A DNA stretch of 59,136 bases, filler included, from Sphacelaria rigidula (Eukaryota), in the NCBI GenBank assembly GCA_964200075.2. It is 10 parts of 10 records of this genome, joined end to end, with 100 filler letters (N's around TTAATTAATTAA, not from the genome) between each part and the next. Parts side by side here need not be neighbours in the genome. Positions count along the whole stretch, not along the records: positions 23,697 to 29,520 come from CAXNAA020024182.1; positions 29,621 to 35,444 come from CAXNAA020024183.1; positions 35,545 to 41,367 come from CAXNAA020024184.1; 7 more parts are not named here. One strand, written 5' to 3'. The translations under genes were made by a program, and so were the position numbers. This document shows, piece by piece, positions 24,950 to 37,729 of this stretch. The notes beneath the pieces are model-generated. The model did no database searches, had not been told where the DNA came from, and saw nothing but the letters and a program-made list of their open reading frames with translations. Numbering within the stretch: the stretch's first letter is position 1; every line of letters starts with the position of its first letter.

Positions 24950-25226
24950 CGCACAGAGGAAGGCTAACACAGGAGTTTTTTCTTTTCAAATATTTTTGAG
25001 CACCCCACCTTCTTTCTGCGGTACTTGCCTTTTTTTACCGAGAGAAGGGCCCCGCGGTCCCTTCCCTTGTCGATCGTGAAGTCGAACTCTATGTGCTCAC
25101 GACATAGTCCCTCTCCACCGTTGGGCATGGTGTGGGAGAAACTCCCAGGTCTTTCCGAGGTTTGAACCCACATCCTAACCGTCAGAAGGTGTTGAGGTTA
25201 CCATCTGAGCCACCGGGGCGACCGGC
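24950..25226 (-). mobile_element. tRNA-derived SINE
   Basis: Minus strand GCCGGTCGCCCCGGTGGCTCAGATGG (A box) and GGTTCAAACC (B box); body repeated at about 24300-24442 and partly at 28050-28075. Confidence 0.7.
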
Positions 25227-25269
25227 TACTGCTGGGTGTTCCTCGATCCTGTCACCCCTGTGAAACGTT

Positions 25270-26700
25270 TATACCGGCACCCGACAGTTTTGTATGTTCT
25301 GTAAGTCCATCACACCCCTGGTCGGCAACGACACCCCCGGGGGTGGATCGAGTTCGACGACGCAACATTTGAGATCTAGAACTGCTCTTCTCTCGCTACG
25401 CAAGATACTTTTCATGAACACGTCAATATTTGTCATATGTATGGGAATTATTCCGGGGAACCGGTAACTGAGCTTGACCCTGCAGCCAACTGCGTGCAGA
25501 GCCGGTATGTATGTGCGCTGTTTTCCTTTACTGGGATCAACGGCAAGGCGCAGCTTACTGTGCCATCGCTCCGCACTGAAATATATATTCCGGCGTGCTG
25601 CCATCACGTCTGTCAACAAGCTGTGTGTTTTGTCGTCCGACGTATGGTTCAAACGAACCTACACCTTGTCGGCATGATATGGCAAAACAAGAAAATCGAT
25701 TCTTCGCCGGGGCGATTGGCTCCCGCTGTCTTTTGCCCGGTCCTTTCAGCTGTGTAAAACTATCAAGCCGGTACGCAGAGGCTGTGTACGACCGTTTTTG
25801 ACTTAACTCGCCAGTTTGTTATTATCTGAAACTGCCTGATACCCCTGGTCGACGACTCTGCAAGGTCTGTAAGCCTCCCGTAATCCCAGCCCGGATTCAA
25901 CATATATACCCTTGTGCGTATATGCGATGCAGGCAGAGTGCGGGTATTACCCGGGAGGGGTAAAGATTTAAACTCAATCCCTACCTTTGTCCTGAGAAGT
26001 CGCACTTGTTCCCCAACCTCCATCCATCTAACACCCCTTGGTATTCAACTCCGCTCACGCTTCAAGATATGTTTTCCTGTTCGGGGAATGGACGGGTTGC
26101 AGGATACGAGTTGAAAGGGAAAGCGAAACATGATAATCAACAGGCATCGGACCGACTGGGGGGCCTTCATCTGCGCCGCCACCATCGGTATCAATTTGCA
26201 GGGCATCGGTCTATGATGTCCAACCCTATCTCGTATGGGGGCCGGTTTGTTGCATACATGGGGTATCTTTACTGATATTATCCCTATACGACAGTTCGGT
26301 GACTTCTGGAAAACGTTCATCCCCCTAACCGACAGTTCTGTAGCTTCTCTTGGACTGTGGTTTGCCCACCCGACTTTTCTAGTGAAATCTGTAAGGCTTC
26401 CGTTGCCGAACTTGATAGCTCCATGACTTCAGTGTCTCTTGCACACCCCTACTCGACCAATCTTTGACTTGAGTAGCGCTTTCCTATCCCTCGACAGTTC
26501 TGTGACTTGTCGAAGACTGTCCTACCGGTCCACGACAGTTGCGTGACTGTTGTGATCCACCATACCCTTCCAAGATAGTTCTGTTCTTTCTGTACACATG
26601 GTTTAATCCTACACACCCTTGTACAAATATCCGGGTGCGTGTTCTATTTTCTATGCAACTGTCACGAAGCTGTAAGGCTTTATCGCAGAAACTCTCACTG
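25270..26700 (-). repeat. Dispersed repeat rich in ACAGAAGT/ACAGAACT motifs (several fragments)
   Basis: Reverse complement of the motif-rich tracts at 52060-52420 and 52790-52970. Confidence 0.55.
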
Positions 26701-27454
26701 TAGTGCAGGAACACACTAAGCACAACAGTGCAATCGCTTGTCTGGGATACAACTCGTGACGGGTTCACGCACAATAGGTTAATAACTACTTGACTCAAGG
26801 CTCTTGTTTAAGATATGCTCTTTGTCTTGCTCACTTTCTTCTTGCTCAATGCTTTTCCACGGTTATGTCTCACCAATCAGGCAACAGTCAGATGCTCTTT
26901 CCTGGGGAGCTCAGCAGTGGCTTCCATGTGCTGTCTCAAGCTCTAATGATACCCTTTTATAGGTGTACACACTATATCTGACCCTCCGATCAGACCCGTT
27001 ATCCAAAAATGCAAACATCGAAAGATCGATGCTGCTTGTCTTCATGACATTCGCCTCTCCAGACCAACCTCCATCGCAGTTGCGAGAAAAGAGCCCCAGA
27101 AAGCAGCTAAGATGGAGGTTTTTCTCATCGTAAGTCATGAAAAGACAAAAAAAATTAATAACAGCATTCAAGGCACAGAGGGCAGCAAGCCCAACTTTCC
27201 CACACCTCGAACAACAAAAATAAGTGGAAACGGCTACGGAAAGCGTAAGCACGCTTGACGACGCAGAAGCACACGATGCTTTTGCGGGCTAGCGACTTCT
27301 ACGGAAAAACCAAAACATGTTTTGCCGCGCTAGCCAAACCAGAGGGCAGAGACGTAACAGTAATGCAGTGCCTGCTAAGGGGCAGCTGAACAGAAGAAGA
27401 AAAAAAAAACACAAAGAACAACTCCAGCAAACTCCAGCAAACTCCAGCAGCGGG

Positions 27455-28048
27455 GAACGACAGAAACGAGAAAATTTGATTCGACCACACGTTTTTACAC
27501 GAAACCAATTTGATAAGACACGGCCTAGGCCATGTCTTATCAAATTGGTTTCGACTCGAAAACGTACGGTGGAATCGAATTCGCTCGTTTCTGATTCGTT
27601 CACGCTGCTCATTTTCTCAGATGGTTGAGAACATGAATGCCGTGGACGTATCAGGCACGAGCAAATTTGATTTCGCCGTACGTTTTCGAGTCCAAAACAA
27701 TTTGATAAAACACGGCCTTAGGCGGTGTCTTGTCAAAAACAAAATCACTTGAAAACGTGCGGTGTAGAATCGAATCCGCTCGTTTCTGATTCGTCCACGC
27801 TCATAATTTTCTGAGATGGTTGAGAGCATGGATGCCGTGGACGTATCAGGCAAGAGACACTTCCTCAGGCAGTGTCAAATTGTTTTCGCCTCAAAAGTAC
27901 GGTGGTTGAATTTGCTCTTACCTGATACGTCCATGGCATTCATGTTCTCAACCATCTGAGAAAAAAGAAAACATCGGCGAATCAGAAACCACGGAATTCG
28001 ATTCGACCGCACGGTTTCGACACGAAAACAATTTGACAAGACACGGCC
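27455..28048. mobile_element. Cluster of four M3 MITE copies or fragments
   Basis: Copies: fragment ending 27525, 27528-27717, 27721 to about 27853, and 27868-28048; the last is flanked by TCA on both sides (27865-27867, 28049-28051). Confidence 0.85.
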
Positions 28049-28289
28049 TCAGCAGTCCCTTTCCCTCGTTGACCACTGCTACGTCGAATTCGGGTGCAAC
28101 TCAGCAACCGGGGCGACAGGTTTCTCACACGCGGCCATTCGGCTACCTCGTAGAGGAATTTTCAAACGTCATCCTCGGTTCCGTCCGTTTCAAAATCCCC
28201 CCTAGAGGATCTTGGGTATTCGTAATCCCCTCTAGAGGATTTTCAATGTCGGGGCCCTCGAAGGTCCGTATCGATATCAAAATTCCCTG

Positions 28290-29335
28290 AATAGTTTTTG
28301 GAGGCACAAGTGCTATGGAAATGTGGAATTTTCACAGCTGTTCGAAACATGTCCTGGTTCCAAATTTTTATTGGAATCAGGCCAAGAGGATTTATTTCGA
28401 ACAGCAGATGCTACCCAAATCAATCCCATATACACTCGCAAATGGAATTTGTACACCAGAAACTGTTCGAAAGAAATCCTCATTTTGCCCACCAATACCT
28501 TGAAATGGGCAAAACAGTACTCTTATTTGTGAGCAGCTTTTGCTGTTCAAGTCCCACATACGGCACAGTGTCGGTGGATGAGAGTCGAGAGACAGCAGAA
28601 GTCGTTGAGAACTCATCCTCTTGCCCCCCATCTCATATCTTGAGCAAGCGGATCGAACTCTTCAACAGCTTCGACTGGTTTCAAATCCCATACACCGATT
28701 GCGAATGTATGTGGACGGAGCCATGCTTGGCAGCTGTAGCTTCTGGTTGTGGTACTGGGGTGGTCACAACCTCACCTGCTACATAAACATACAAGCTTGA
28801 AAACCCTGCGGTCCGGTGTTTACCATTCGAACATCAAAGTGAAGCATTTTTTCGAGTGAACACGCGAAATATAATGATCGCGGTTTATCCTGTACGCGTT
28901 GATGGTGATATATATGATCATCACAACAATTAGCATGGTTTGATGCTATACTGGACAGTACAATGCCGTGTATGACAGTACCGTGTCGTGCTTATATACG
29001 TGCTGTACAATATACTGCAGAGTTACCGCGGTATATGCGCCACGTGTCGCTAAACAAAGTGGATGCCTGTAACTTTGGGTGCATAGGGGTGTTATAAACC
29101 GTGAGCTACTGAGTATACACGACGCCAGTTCTTGCAGCGTGCTCACCGCTGCAGTCAGTAGGACGTGAAAGGGAAGCGCACAAAGTACAGTGCAGACAGC
29201 GCACGACTATAGGTATGTTTTCTGCTCGCAGTTCAACGTGAAAAGAACTTGAACAGTGTGTGCAGCTTTGTCTGCCTGCACTGTTCATGGGTGTGTATGC
29301 AGTGAACCGCCGGTTGTTGCTCGCACCATACCCCG
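28290..29335 (+). repeat. Dispersed repeat family R3 (about 1 kb)
   Basis: Colinear with about 41520-42430 (TGCTGTTCAAGTCCCACATAC, CAATATACTGCAGAGTTA, GACGTGAAAGGGAAG). Confidence 0.8.
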
Positions 29336-29520
29336 CTGCTCAGGTGTCAACTTCCACCAACAAGACATACATCATACTCAACTACTGCAGTGTTCATCTA
29401 TATCCCTATGTTCAGGAAGCGAACAGTTTACCCATCGGACCAGTGAGCGCTCACTGGTCCAATTTCCCTCTAAGGGACGTTCACGAAAATCACGTGCTCC
29501 AGTGCACCATATTTTTGGTA

Positions 29521-29620
29521 NNNNNNNNNNNNNNNNNNNNNNNNNNNNNNNNNNNNNNNNNNNNTTAATTAATTAANNNNNNNNNNNNNNNNNNNNNNNN
29601 NNNNNNNNNNNNNNNNNNNN
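29521..29620. other. Artificial contig linker 5
   Basis: Same spacer. Confidence 0.98.
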
Positions 29621-30129
29621 TGGATGCCCTGTAAGCCCCACAAAAAACTCCAAACACGCGTTCTCCTTCAACATATTTGTTCCAAAAGACTTCTTCCCCC
29701 CCCCCCCCCCCCCCCTTCATTTCTTCCTCAATTTCAGATATGTATTTTATTCAATGCGCTGTATGGAGAGAATGTAATAAACACCTAAATGTTGGAGGTG
29801 TCTCTATTAGAAGTAGGAAAGGTGCTCCGTGTCAGAAGGGAAGCGTGGGCGATGGTCAACTAACCTCCTCCTCCCTCATCACGGGTACATACTCGTCCAG
29901 GTAAATGTTTTTTTCTCATTTGTTGGAGTTCCAGAATAGGCGTTTTTTGTGAGGCTTTCTCAGTAAAACCGAAAAAACGTCTTATTTCAACGGTCTGAAG
30001 ACTTGCGACTGGAACATGACTTCGAACCACGGGTCATGCGACGTGACAGCGCCACCAACGATGGTTCTCTCCTCTGGAAAGAGAGCAGGGTTTAGTCATT
30101 TTCCACGGCTGCTCTTGTGTTGGCTTGGT

Positions 30130-30320
30130 TTTTTGTGTTAGACGAGTCCAGCAGTAAAGTAATTGGCACGAGAGTAGAATTGCACAGGAGGAAGACAATA
30201 GTTGAGGTTTTTGTGTTAATTATTTGCCCATATTAGTCCGATATCTCGAACCCGTGGTCACAGACGTAGGCTGAGATACACAGTAGAATCAGTACCAAAA
30301 CGCGAACACGCGGCACGGGA
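30130..30320 (-). mobile_element. Possible degenerate SINE
   Basis: B-box-like GGTTCGAGA on the minus strand and the CACAGGAGGAAG block shared with 24311 and 24952. Confidence 0.35.
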
Positions 30321-30849
30321 TGGAGAATGAACCACCGTTTTCATTGGTTTCCCTTTTTCACATCGCACTACCCTAATCTTATTCAGACCCGCGCCATCAT
30401 GACGAAACAGCCAATTTCTGTTTTTGTCGTATACAAGGATGTGGAGCTTTGCTTACTCGTGGACAGATTACATATCGCCGCGAGTTGCATTCATACGCAA
30501 GCGAGCGTGTGTTTCGACCCAAGTTTTTTTTTTCAAATCTTTTCAAGCGCGGTGTGTCGTGGCTCCGAAAAAACGCAATATCAAGAGGAACATAATCAAT
30601 TCGAATGCGCAAAAAATAAAAACCAGGTTCAAGGAGGCATACGGGTAATCAAGGGGTTGGAAGGTGTTCTGGCAGACACGGCATCGCTCGCCATGGCCAC
30701 CAGAGGGACGGCGCTCGTTGCGGGACGGCTTACCCGGTGAGATACGATCACTGCAAAAAAAAAGTCCTAATTTGGGATGGGATCGGGGGAAAATAGCCCG
30801 CTGTTGTGAGCTGCTTGCGTTTATTATACACGCCGTCGTTGTGGCCATC

Positions 30850-33150
30850 TTCGAATGAGCTTAATTTCCGCCCTACCCTATCTTTGCTTGTCAACAGCTG
30901 CTTCGAGGTGGCGAGTTGTTCTGTCATCGTCACCACGCCCATGGTACAGCACTCGCCAGCAACACAAGATGTCGATCACACATGTGTTCTGGCCGTGTTG
31001 TGACTGTCCAGCTTGCCTTCGGGTTTGCTGTCGTACGCCGATCTATCTCGCGACACAGAGTCCCGCCCAATATGACGCGGGTACCTGCGTGTGCCCGTCA
31101 TGCCCCTAGCTCTCTGCGGACATGTTGAAGGCAACTGGGCAAAAGACATTCCTCGCGTCATCATCTGCGGTGGAGTAGCACTCGCCATGAACGCCATGAA
31201 CGACTCCATTCCTCGCTCACACATGCGTTGTGGACCGTTTTCTGACCGCCCAGCTTGCCTTCGGGCTTCTCTGTTAAACTTCGATCTCCCAACACCGAGC
31301 ATCCAGGGAGATACCGTCTGACGTGAAGTGTGGACTGGCTGCGTGGGTGGCTGTTGGCCTTGCAAGCACGCTAGTCTAGCGGCTACGGCGCGAGATATGA
31401 CAGGTTGCGTTGAGGGTGCTGTGGAGAGCGAAGGCACCCCAACACACAACACACCGCTTTAAACAGGACAAAAATTGCACCCGTGAATATGGTTGGCAAC
31501 ACGCTCCCAGAATAATCACACCAACCCGACGGCTTGAGGCGTGACGTTCGCGGTCGTGCGGGCTTGTCTTGCGACACGAGCCCTCGCCGAGCATGATGCG
31601 TACACCAGCGTGCTCATCATCTCCTGGTTTCCCCGCACGTGCCTATTTTCATGACGACCGTACACTGAGTATTGTGTCACTGCGCAATCGAACAGCGGTC
31701 GCTTGCAGCACGACTACCCCTCGGTGACAGGTGGGGTTTGGGCATTTTTTTTGCGGCCTCTGTTGGTTTCGGGTTCGCTATAGTGCTTCATTTCCGCCAC
31801 ATGGAGTCCCGCCGATCACGATGCGTGTATCCGCGAGCTCTTCGTGCCCTCGTCTTCCTGCAGACACCTCCAAGACGACGGTGCATCATGTGTCGCGTGC
31901 AATATTGCGTTGGAACAAGACCCACCCGCACTAACTTGATAACACGTGCGTTTTAGACTGTTGTCGGCGGTCCAGCGTGCCTCTGAGTTTGGTGGGAGTG
32001 CCTCCACCTCTTACTACTTGGCAACCCGAGAGACACCGTCTCCTGTGACGTGTAGATCGGCTGTGTGGGGGTCGGTCCCGTCTGTTTGCTAAGCACATCA
32101 ATGGATACACAGCGGCAGGAGATGTGGCCCGCCGCGTGTAGGGTACCGTGGATTGAAGGCATTCTAAACGTCGTGTTGAGACCAGGGAGGTACGATGGAA
32201 GTGGTCGAGTCACTTGCGTTGAAAATACATGCACCACACCGCGTGTGAGGTCGACATCTCGAGATGATGAGCTCACGATGGTACAACTTCTCGTGATGCG
32301 GGACCCCGCCGAACATGATGCGTGTATCTGTGTGCTCATCATGTCCCGTCGTCTGCGGACGCATGTACCTCCATCCCAGCTACCCGAAGTTAATCCTTGC
32401 TCTATCTGTCATTCCGGTGCGACCACGTGAGCAGGTTTGCGCCCCGACTGCTGTGCCTCCACCTCGTGCGTTCAAGCTAATCATGCTACCTCGTCCTACG
32501 TTGGCAAGTTCGCGCCCTAATTCTTGTGCCTCCACCTCGTGCGTTCAAGCTATTCATGCTTTCTCGCCCTTGCGTGCGCTGTGGTGTCTGCGCTGTGCAT
32601 TTCGACTTCTCTCGCGATATTGTACACCATGGTATGTCGCATTTGTTGATACGTTGCGTTCGACAGAGACTTGTTGAGCACACCAGACCCATTGACATGA
32701 TCTAGGAAGTGGTGTGTCGAGATATACTGACGTGTGAACATTCGAAGCAAGGCATCGCGACGGGGGAAATCGGTCATTTTTGGTATGCTCGATAGAGTGG
32801 ACATGCACCTTATCATGCGCGGGCTGCTGCCTCTGTTTCATAGCCTTCGACACCTCGCTGGTGTCCGCTGCGATCGTAGTGCTTGACTGCCCACTTCGAG
32901 TATTCAAGCTCAAATTCGTCCTGCGGTCGGACCAGGGTAAGAGCGCAGGAAGCTCAAACCTCGATATTCTGGGGCTAGCGAACGGCCAAAATCATGTTTC
33001 GCTTACTGATCCTTGGTGGGAAGGACAACACGCGCCAACACATGAGTGCCGATTGTGTTGGCTCCAACCGACTTACTTTCCCTTCGGTACCTGGGGACGC
33101 TTTTCCGGAATAGGAGCGTTAGGGTTTTGGTCGCTCATCGCTCGGTTGCT
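30850..33150 (-). mobile_element. Unclassified decayed element with internal degenerate repeats, related to the block 2 element
   Basis: Repeated units (PPTQPVHTSRQTVS vs PTPTQPIYTSQETVS; related blocks at about 31070-31100, 31580-31620 and 32300-32345); TTGCTAAGCACATC (IDVLSKQ) shared with 7974-7987. Confidence 0.4.
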
Positions 33151-33995
33151 CGCTCTCTACCGATGTGTTTGATGTAACACCCTCCCTCAAGAATCACTCG
33201 AATAGTAGTACGCGCTACCTTGAGGTGGTGCCATGAGAAGCCCCGGCCCTGAAAAGACTGGATCGGGAGCGATCGATAAGACCCTCAGAGACTGGGTTTT
33301 CGGGACTCGGAAGATTATCACCCCCGGTTGTTAGCAGAGAGTGGTGGATACCTACTGGTGGTTTGCACCGTCGTCTACGGACGCCCAGTCTCATTGCCCG
33401 GGTCCATTGTTTCATGTTCACCCAACATGTGTCTGGAAGACGTTCTCCGTGTCCAGGTAAGCTCAGCGCGTGCATGGTTTGCAAGCCATCGAAGCTTCGG
33501 TAGTTCTCCCATTCGCAGAGTAAGCCGTGCAGGTGTGAGAATAGGTGACATCGACCGGGGCCAAAACAATCTTGTACGGTGGGGAAGGGGGTTGATGGAA
33601 GTCACAGCAGCATGGTGTTTTGTATATCGTGTTGCGAGATCGTTACCGCCAACCTTCCGTCAAAATCTATGTACGAGAGAAACAAAGCAAACAAGGGTCA
33701 TTGTCCTAATCGATCTCGTCGGAGGAGAGGTTGTTGGAGTCATGGTGGAGTGCCCAAGGAGCTGGTATGTAGATGCATATAATACTGCATGGAACTGTCT
33801 CTGTTTTCTTGTCGTGCAAAACAAGAACTGTCTTTCTTCGGGCGCTAATGTTGCAATGCTCAATGCTCAATGGTGACGTTGCTCCACTGAAGAAGCGATC
33901 ACAACTTTCAACATCAGCCAATACACGACTCTGTCGTAATCCCCCCCTTCCCCCCCCCCCTCGGCGTCCCACCCCGCGCGCCCTTGTTCCTGCAG

Positions 33996-34391
33996 GCAAG
34001 AAATCAAAACCTCGCCACTGCAGCAGCAGCAGCAACAATCAACCAAGAGCAAGGGGAAAGTCACGGGGGCAGAGAGCGGTAGCGGTAGTGGTGGAAGCAG
34101 ACAGCGAAGGAGCTCCCTCTGCAGCATATCGTCTACCAGATCACAGGAAGCCACCACCAGCGAGTCGTGCTCGGGCGGTGAGGACGGCTTGTCGCACGGT
34201 GTAGTGGGGACGGGGGGGAACGTGAAGGGTACGGCTGCGAGAGGTGCAATAGGCGGAGCTCCGGGGCTTGTTGGTGCCGGAGTTGGGGCGGCGGCCGGCG
34301 CCACAACGGGTCCTACAAGGATATACTACGTGGTGGACCCCAAAGAAATGATGGTGAACAAGAACGCCTTCATGTGTCCCTTCGTTGCCAG
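33996..34391 (+). CDS. Internal exon of an unknown gene: low-complexity Q/S/G-rich linker followed by TRIYYVVDPKEMMVNKNAFMCPFVA
   Basis: Acceptor CCCTTGTTCCTGCAG, donor CAG/GTAAGA; 396 nt open frame with symmetrical phase. Confidence 0.7.
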
Positions 34392-34872
34392 GTAAGATAC
34401 GTATTTCCGTTTATACGTCTAGTGTGTTTGGTAGCTTGTTGCTGCTGGTGTCCTTGCCGTTATCGTTGCCGTTGTTCTTGTCGTAGTTGTTGGCAAGTAA
34501 TCCAATCCGTGTGAAGACACACAGACCCGCGATCAGAGAGGGGGAACTACAATCGAGAACATGGAAGGACGTGCTCGAGAAAGCTGGTGTGTGGGATGAC
34601 GCATGGTCCTTCTGTTCTCTTCCTGCCAGGCTAGTCGTACATACAGCAGAGCAGGCACATTGCACACACCATAGGACCCAGCGCTGGTGCGAGCACTATT
34701 ATTCCCACATACTTGACACAATTAAAGAGTAGCCGAACCATCGCAGAGGAGCCGAGCAGCAGTCAAGGTATCGCCCCCCATGCGACATGAGCGATTCGAG
34801 CGGAGAGCGTTGTACCAAGCTTACCAACGAACGATGCTGGCCGTGAGGCGAAACCCTGTCTCCGCTGCTGAC

Positions 34873-35120
34873 AACAGCACAAGTGGTGCCAGTAACACGT
34901 CACGGTGTGGTGCCAGTAATACGTGACAGCACTCGTGGTATCGATCACACGTAACAGCACTCGTGGTGCCAGTAACACGTAACAACACTCGTGGTGCCAA
35001 TCACACGTAACAGCACTCGTGGTGCCAGTAACACGTAACAGCACTCGTGGTGCCAATCGCACGTAACAGCATTCGTGGTGCCAATCACGCGTAACAGCAC
35101 TCGTGGTGCCAGTAACACGT
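34873..35120. repeat. 28-bp minisatellite (GTGGTGCCAGTAACACGTAACAGCACTC), about 8-9 units
   Basis: Head-to-tail units with AGTA/AATC variants and no spacers. Confidence 0.93.
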
Positions 35121-35444
35121 ATTGAAGAAAGTACGTTGAAATAAACGATGTGTGTCTGCGTGTAGGGTCTGCACAGGACAGCGAACAATGACGTCGTTCT
35201 CATCCTTCGCGAAACAGCCTCGCGTTTCGTGTCCTATGGTATTACACACACACAAACTGTGCATTTGCCACATGTACTCTATCTGTCGCGAATTGATCAT
35301 CAAAGCATCGGTCGCCCAATGACGCGCAACCCATTTTGCGCCTGTGTGCCATAAGGCTCACGCGCCAGGAGTGACCAGACGAAGTTTCGCTACAGTAGTA
35401 CGAGCTGGGCCAGCCTAGAGGCGGATTTGAAGTTCGCAGGCCCA

Positions 35445-35544
35445 NNNNNNNNNNNNNNNNNNNNNNNNNNNNNNNNNNNNNNNNNNNNTTAATTAATTAA
35501 NNNNNNNNNNNNNNNNNNNNNNNNNNNNNNNNNNNNNNNNNNNN
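35445..35544. other. Artificial contig linker 6
   Basis: Same spacer. Confidence 0.98.
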
Positions 35545-37261
35545 TCAATGGTCTGATGACTATGGCAAGCATGATCATGAGTACACCCCCCAGCCGCGTA
35601 CATCTACTAGCAATAACGATGCTGCTGATACTGCTGCTGTTGCTTCTTCTTCTAGTGCGGAAGGCGGTCCGCGTTTCGATGTGCGACAATAACCATACCC
35701 CCTTGCGCGTGATTGCCGCCCTCCTTGAAGTCGCTCATCTGTTCGCGTGCTGTTTTACCGTTTCTGTATCACTTGTTTCCCACCCTAGCATACTCAATTA
35801 GAACGGCGCGTGATTTCTCGTGATAGTGAAGTTGTGAACCGTCCACACGTCGGACAGCTCGTGATCTACCTGGATGTTACTTCTTCTTAGAGTACTGATC
35901 CGGATCATGAGCTAGCTCATTTGGCCCCTATTTCCGTATTAGCTCCCGGCAGCGAGGGACGCCGAGCACGCGGTCTAGCGGGAAGGTAACGCTCTGGCTT
36001 CTCGGACATCGCTGTCACGTGTTATATGTTTTTGTGCAAAGGACCTGAGAGTTCTCTTCGATTAGCTATTTCAGATAGCTCATGATCTGTCCGATGTGTG
36101 GAACCATCATTTCACTATCACTATCGCGAAATGATGATATTTTCCTTCTTCCGTTCAAACACGACCTCAGACAGGATGAAACCGGCGAGGGTTGGAGGCG
36201 CGTGTTTGCGATCATAGCCCATTATTTTGAAGAAAACACTCATCGCCACGGCCATCGATTGGGATGCGACTTTTTGCATCTTCTGCGCCAAGACGACAGC
36301 TACAATTGTACCGGATGAAATGTTTTTATTTCGTCAGGATGCGAGTTTTATAACGAATTAAGCGAAAAAAAGTTTGTTTTTTTTTGCGATTTTCTCGATC
36401 ACCCTAACTTCTTCGGGAAAACCATTCGGTCCGATTGTAGCTTGGACAAATACACGCCGGTGAGTAGCCGAGCCACGCCGTTGTCCGTACTCCGGAACGA
36501 GAAAACTTTGAGACCGTGAAATGGAAACCCTACCCAAATCCAAAGTGTTTTAAGGGATTTTACGGCGTGCATAGTCAGGGGATGAACGAGATCTCTGGTC
36601 TGTTCGTGCCTTTGGTCAGTGACACTTTTTGGGCTCATTTTGGTGGGGCAGGCGCGCCCATAACAGTAGTATCGGCTCCACACCCGTAGGGTTACCTCTG
36701 CACTGAATTAAATAAAGCGCATTAAATTATTACACGCGCGGAGAGCATTATATTCGAGCAGCACGCGCGCCAGCGTTTCCCGTGTTGTCGACATCGTGCC
36801 AGCGCGCTTGTGCCTAAAGCGCTGTACTCCCCTGTGGCAGCCCGTCACGGTAGTGCTCCTCATGTTTCATCACGCTTTATTCGAAAACACGCAGAAGAGA
36901 TGTCAGCGAGTCCATCGTTGTTGCTCTTGGATTCTGGTGAACCAGTTATTTTTCGATTGAACCCCCGCATGCTGCGTGTTGTGCCAAATACTGTAATATA
37001 CCGTACCAGTTCAAAAACGGATACTGTATGCATTATGTATAGGCCATCGTCATGCTCTGGTTATCATGGACTGTGTACGAGGCGCGGGGAGCGTAGGTTT
37101 TGTCAGGGAATGCTAGGACGCAACCATACTGCAGTACAGGCAATATGAAATACGTGATTCGAACGAGACACGAGACGAACATTTACATTATGCTAAATAC
37201 CTGGGCGGTTTGGTACTGAAACGAGCCCACCAGTCCCTCCACTGCCTATCGTACGAAGATA

Positions 37262-37532
37262 GCAGGGGACGAATCAATGATTCGTCCGGAAATTATTCGA
37301 TTTTTAGTGTTATTGATTCGTACCGTATGAATCAATCCTTAGGCTTTGTTTTCAGCGTTGCAACCCAGGTACGCGTAGCCCAGGCACGTGGAATGGCGCA
37401 AAAGTTGCGTGGAGACCTGTTTGACCNNNNNNNNNNGTTTGACCAGCGGTCGACTTTTTTCTCTCTTTCGAGCAACCAGGCCTAAGAAATCGTGGATTTG
37501 GTCATTCAAATCGGCGATGATTCGTCCGAACC
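37262..37532. mobile_element. MITE family M4 (contains a 10-N gap at 37427-37436)
   Basis: Ends GGACGAATCAATGATTCG / GATGATTCGTCCGAACC; reverse-complement copy at 55753-56005. Confidence 0.65.
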
Positions 37533-37729
37533 ATGGAAGATAGATACCACGTGTGGATTACAAAGTAGGTTACGGGCAGACCTTGTTACTTTAGAGTAGA
37601 AGGGCCCAGCCAAGACCACTCCGGTTTCACCGCCGAAATCCGAGACGGCAACGTCACGAACACTGAAATAAATTGAAATTGGAAGCACCCCGGACACAGG
37701 GCAATCTATAGCTTCATACAAATGTAGCA

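Noticed and set aside
25140..25226. Functional tRNA gene (also considered at about 1900-1992 and 2275-2330)
   Set aside because: A and B boxes are present but I could not form a proper acceptor stem or cloverleaf; the 25140 copy runs into a dispersed repeat body, so a SINE is the better reading
30880..31260. ALOG-domain / DIRS tyrosine-recombinase-like peptides (LDSHNTARTHV.STSC, GHDGHTQV)
   Set aside because: Motifs are short and in different frames, they fall in a unit repeated elsewhere in the element, and no RT, RNase H or recombinase motifs are nearby
34873..35120. CRISPR-like array
   Set aside because: Units are contiguous with no unique spacers, there are no cas genes, and the context is eukaryotic; it is a minisatellite
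37419..37444. GTTTGACC direct repeat around 10 Ns as a TSD
   Set aside because: The duplication flanks a scaffold gap inside a MITE, which is typical of an unmerged assembly overlap
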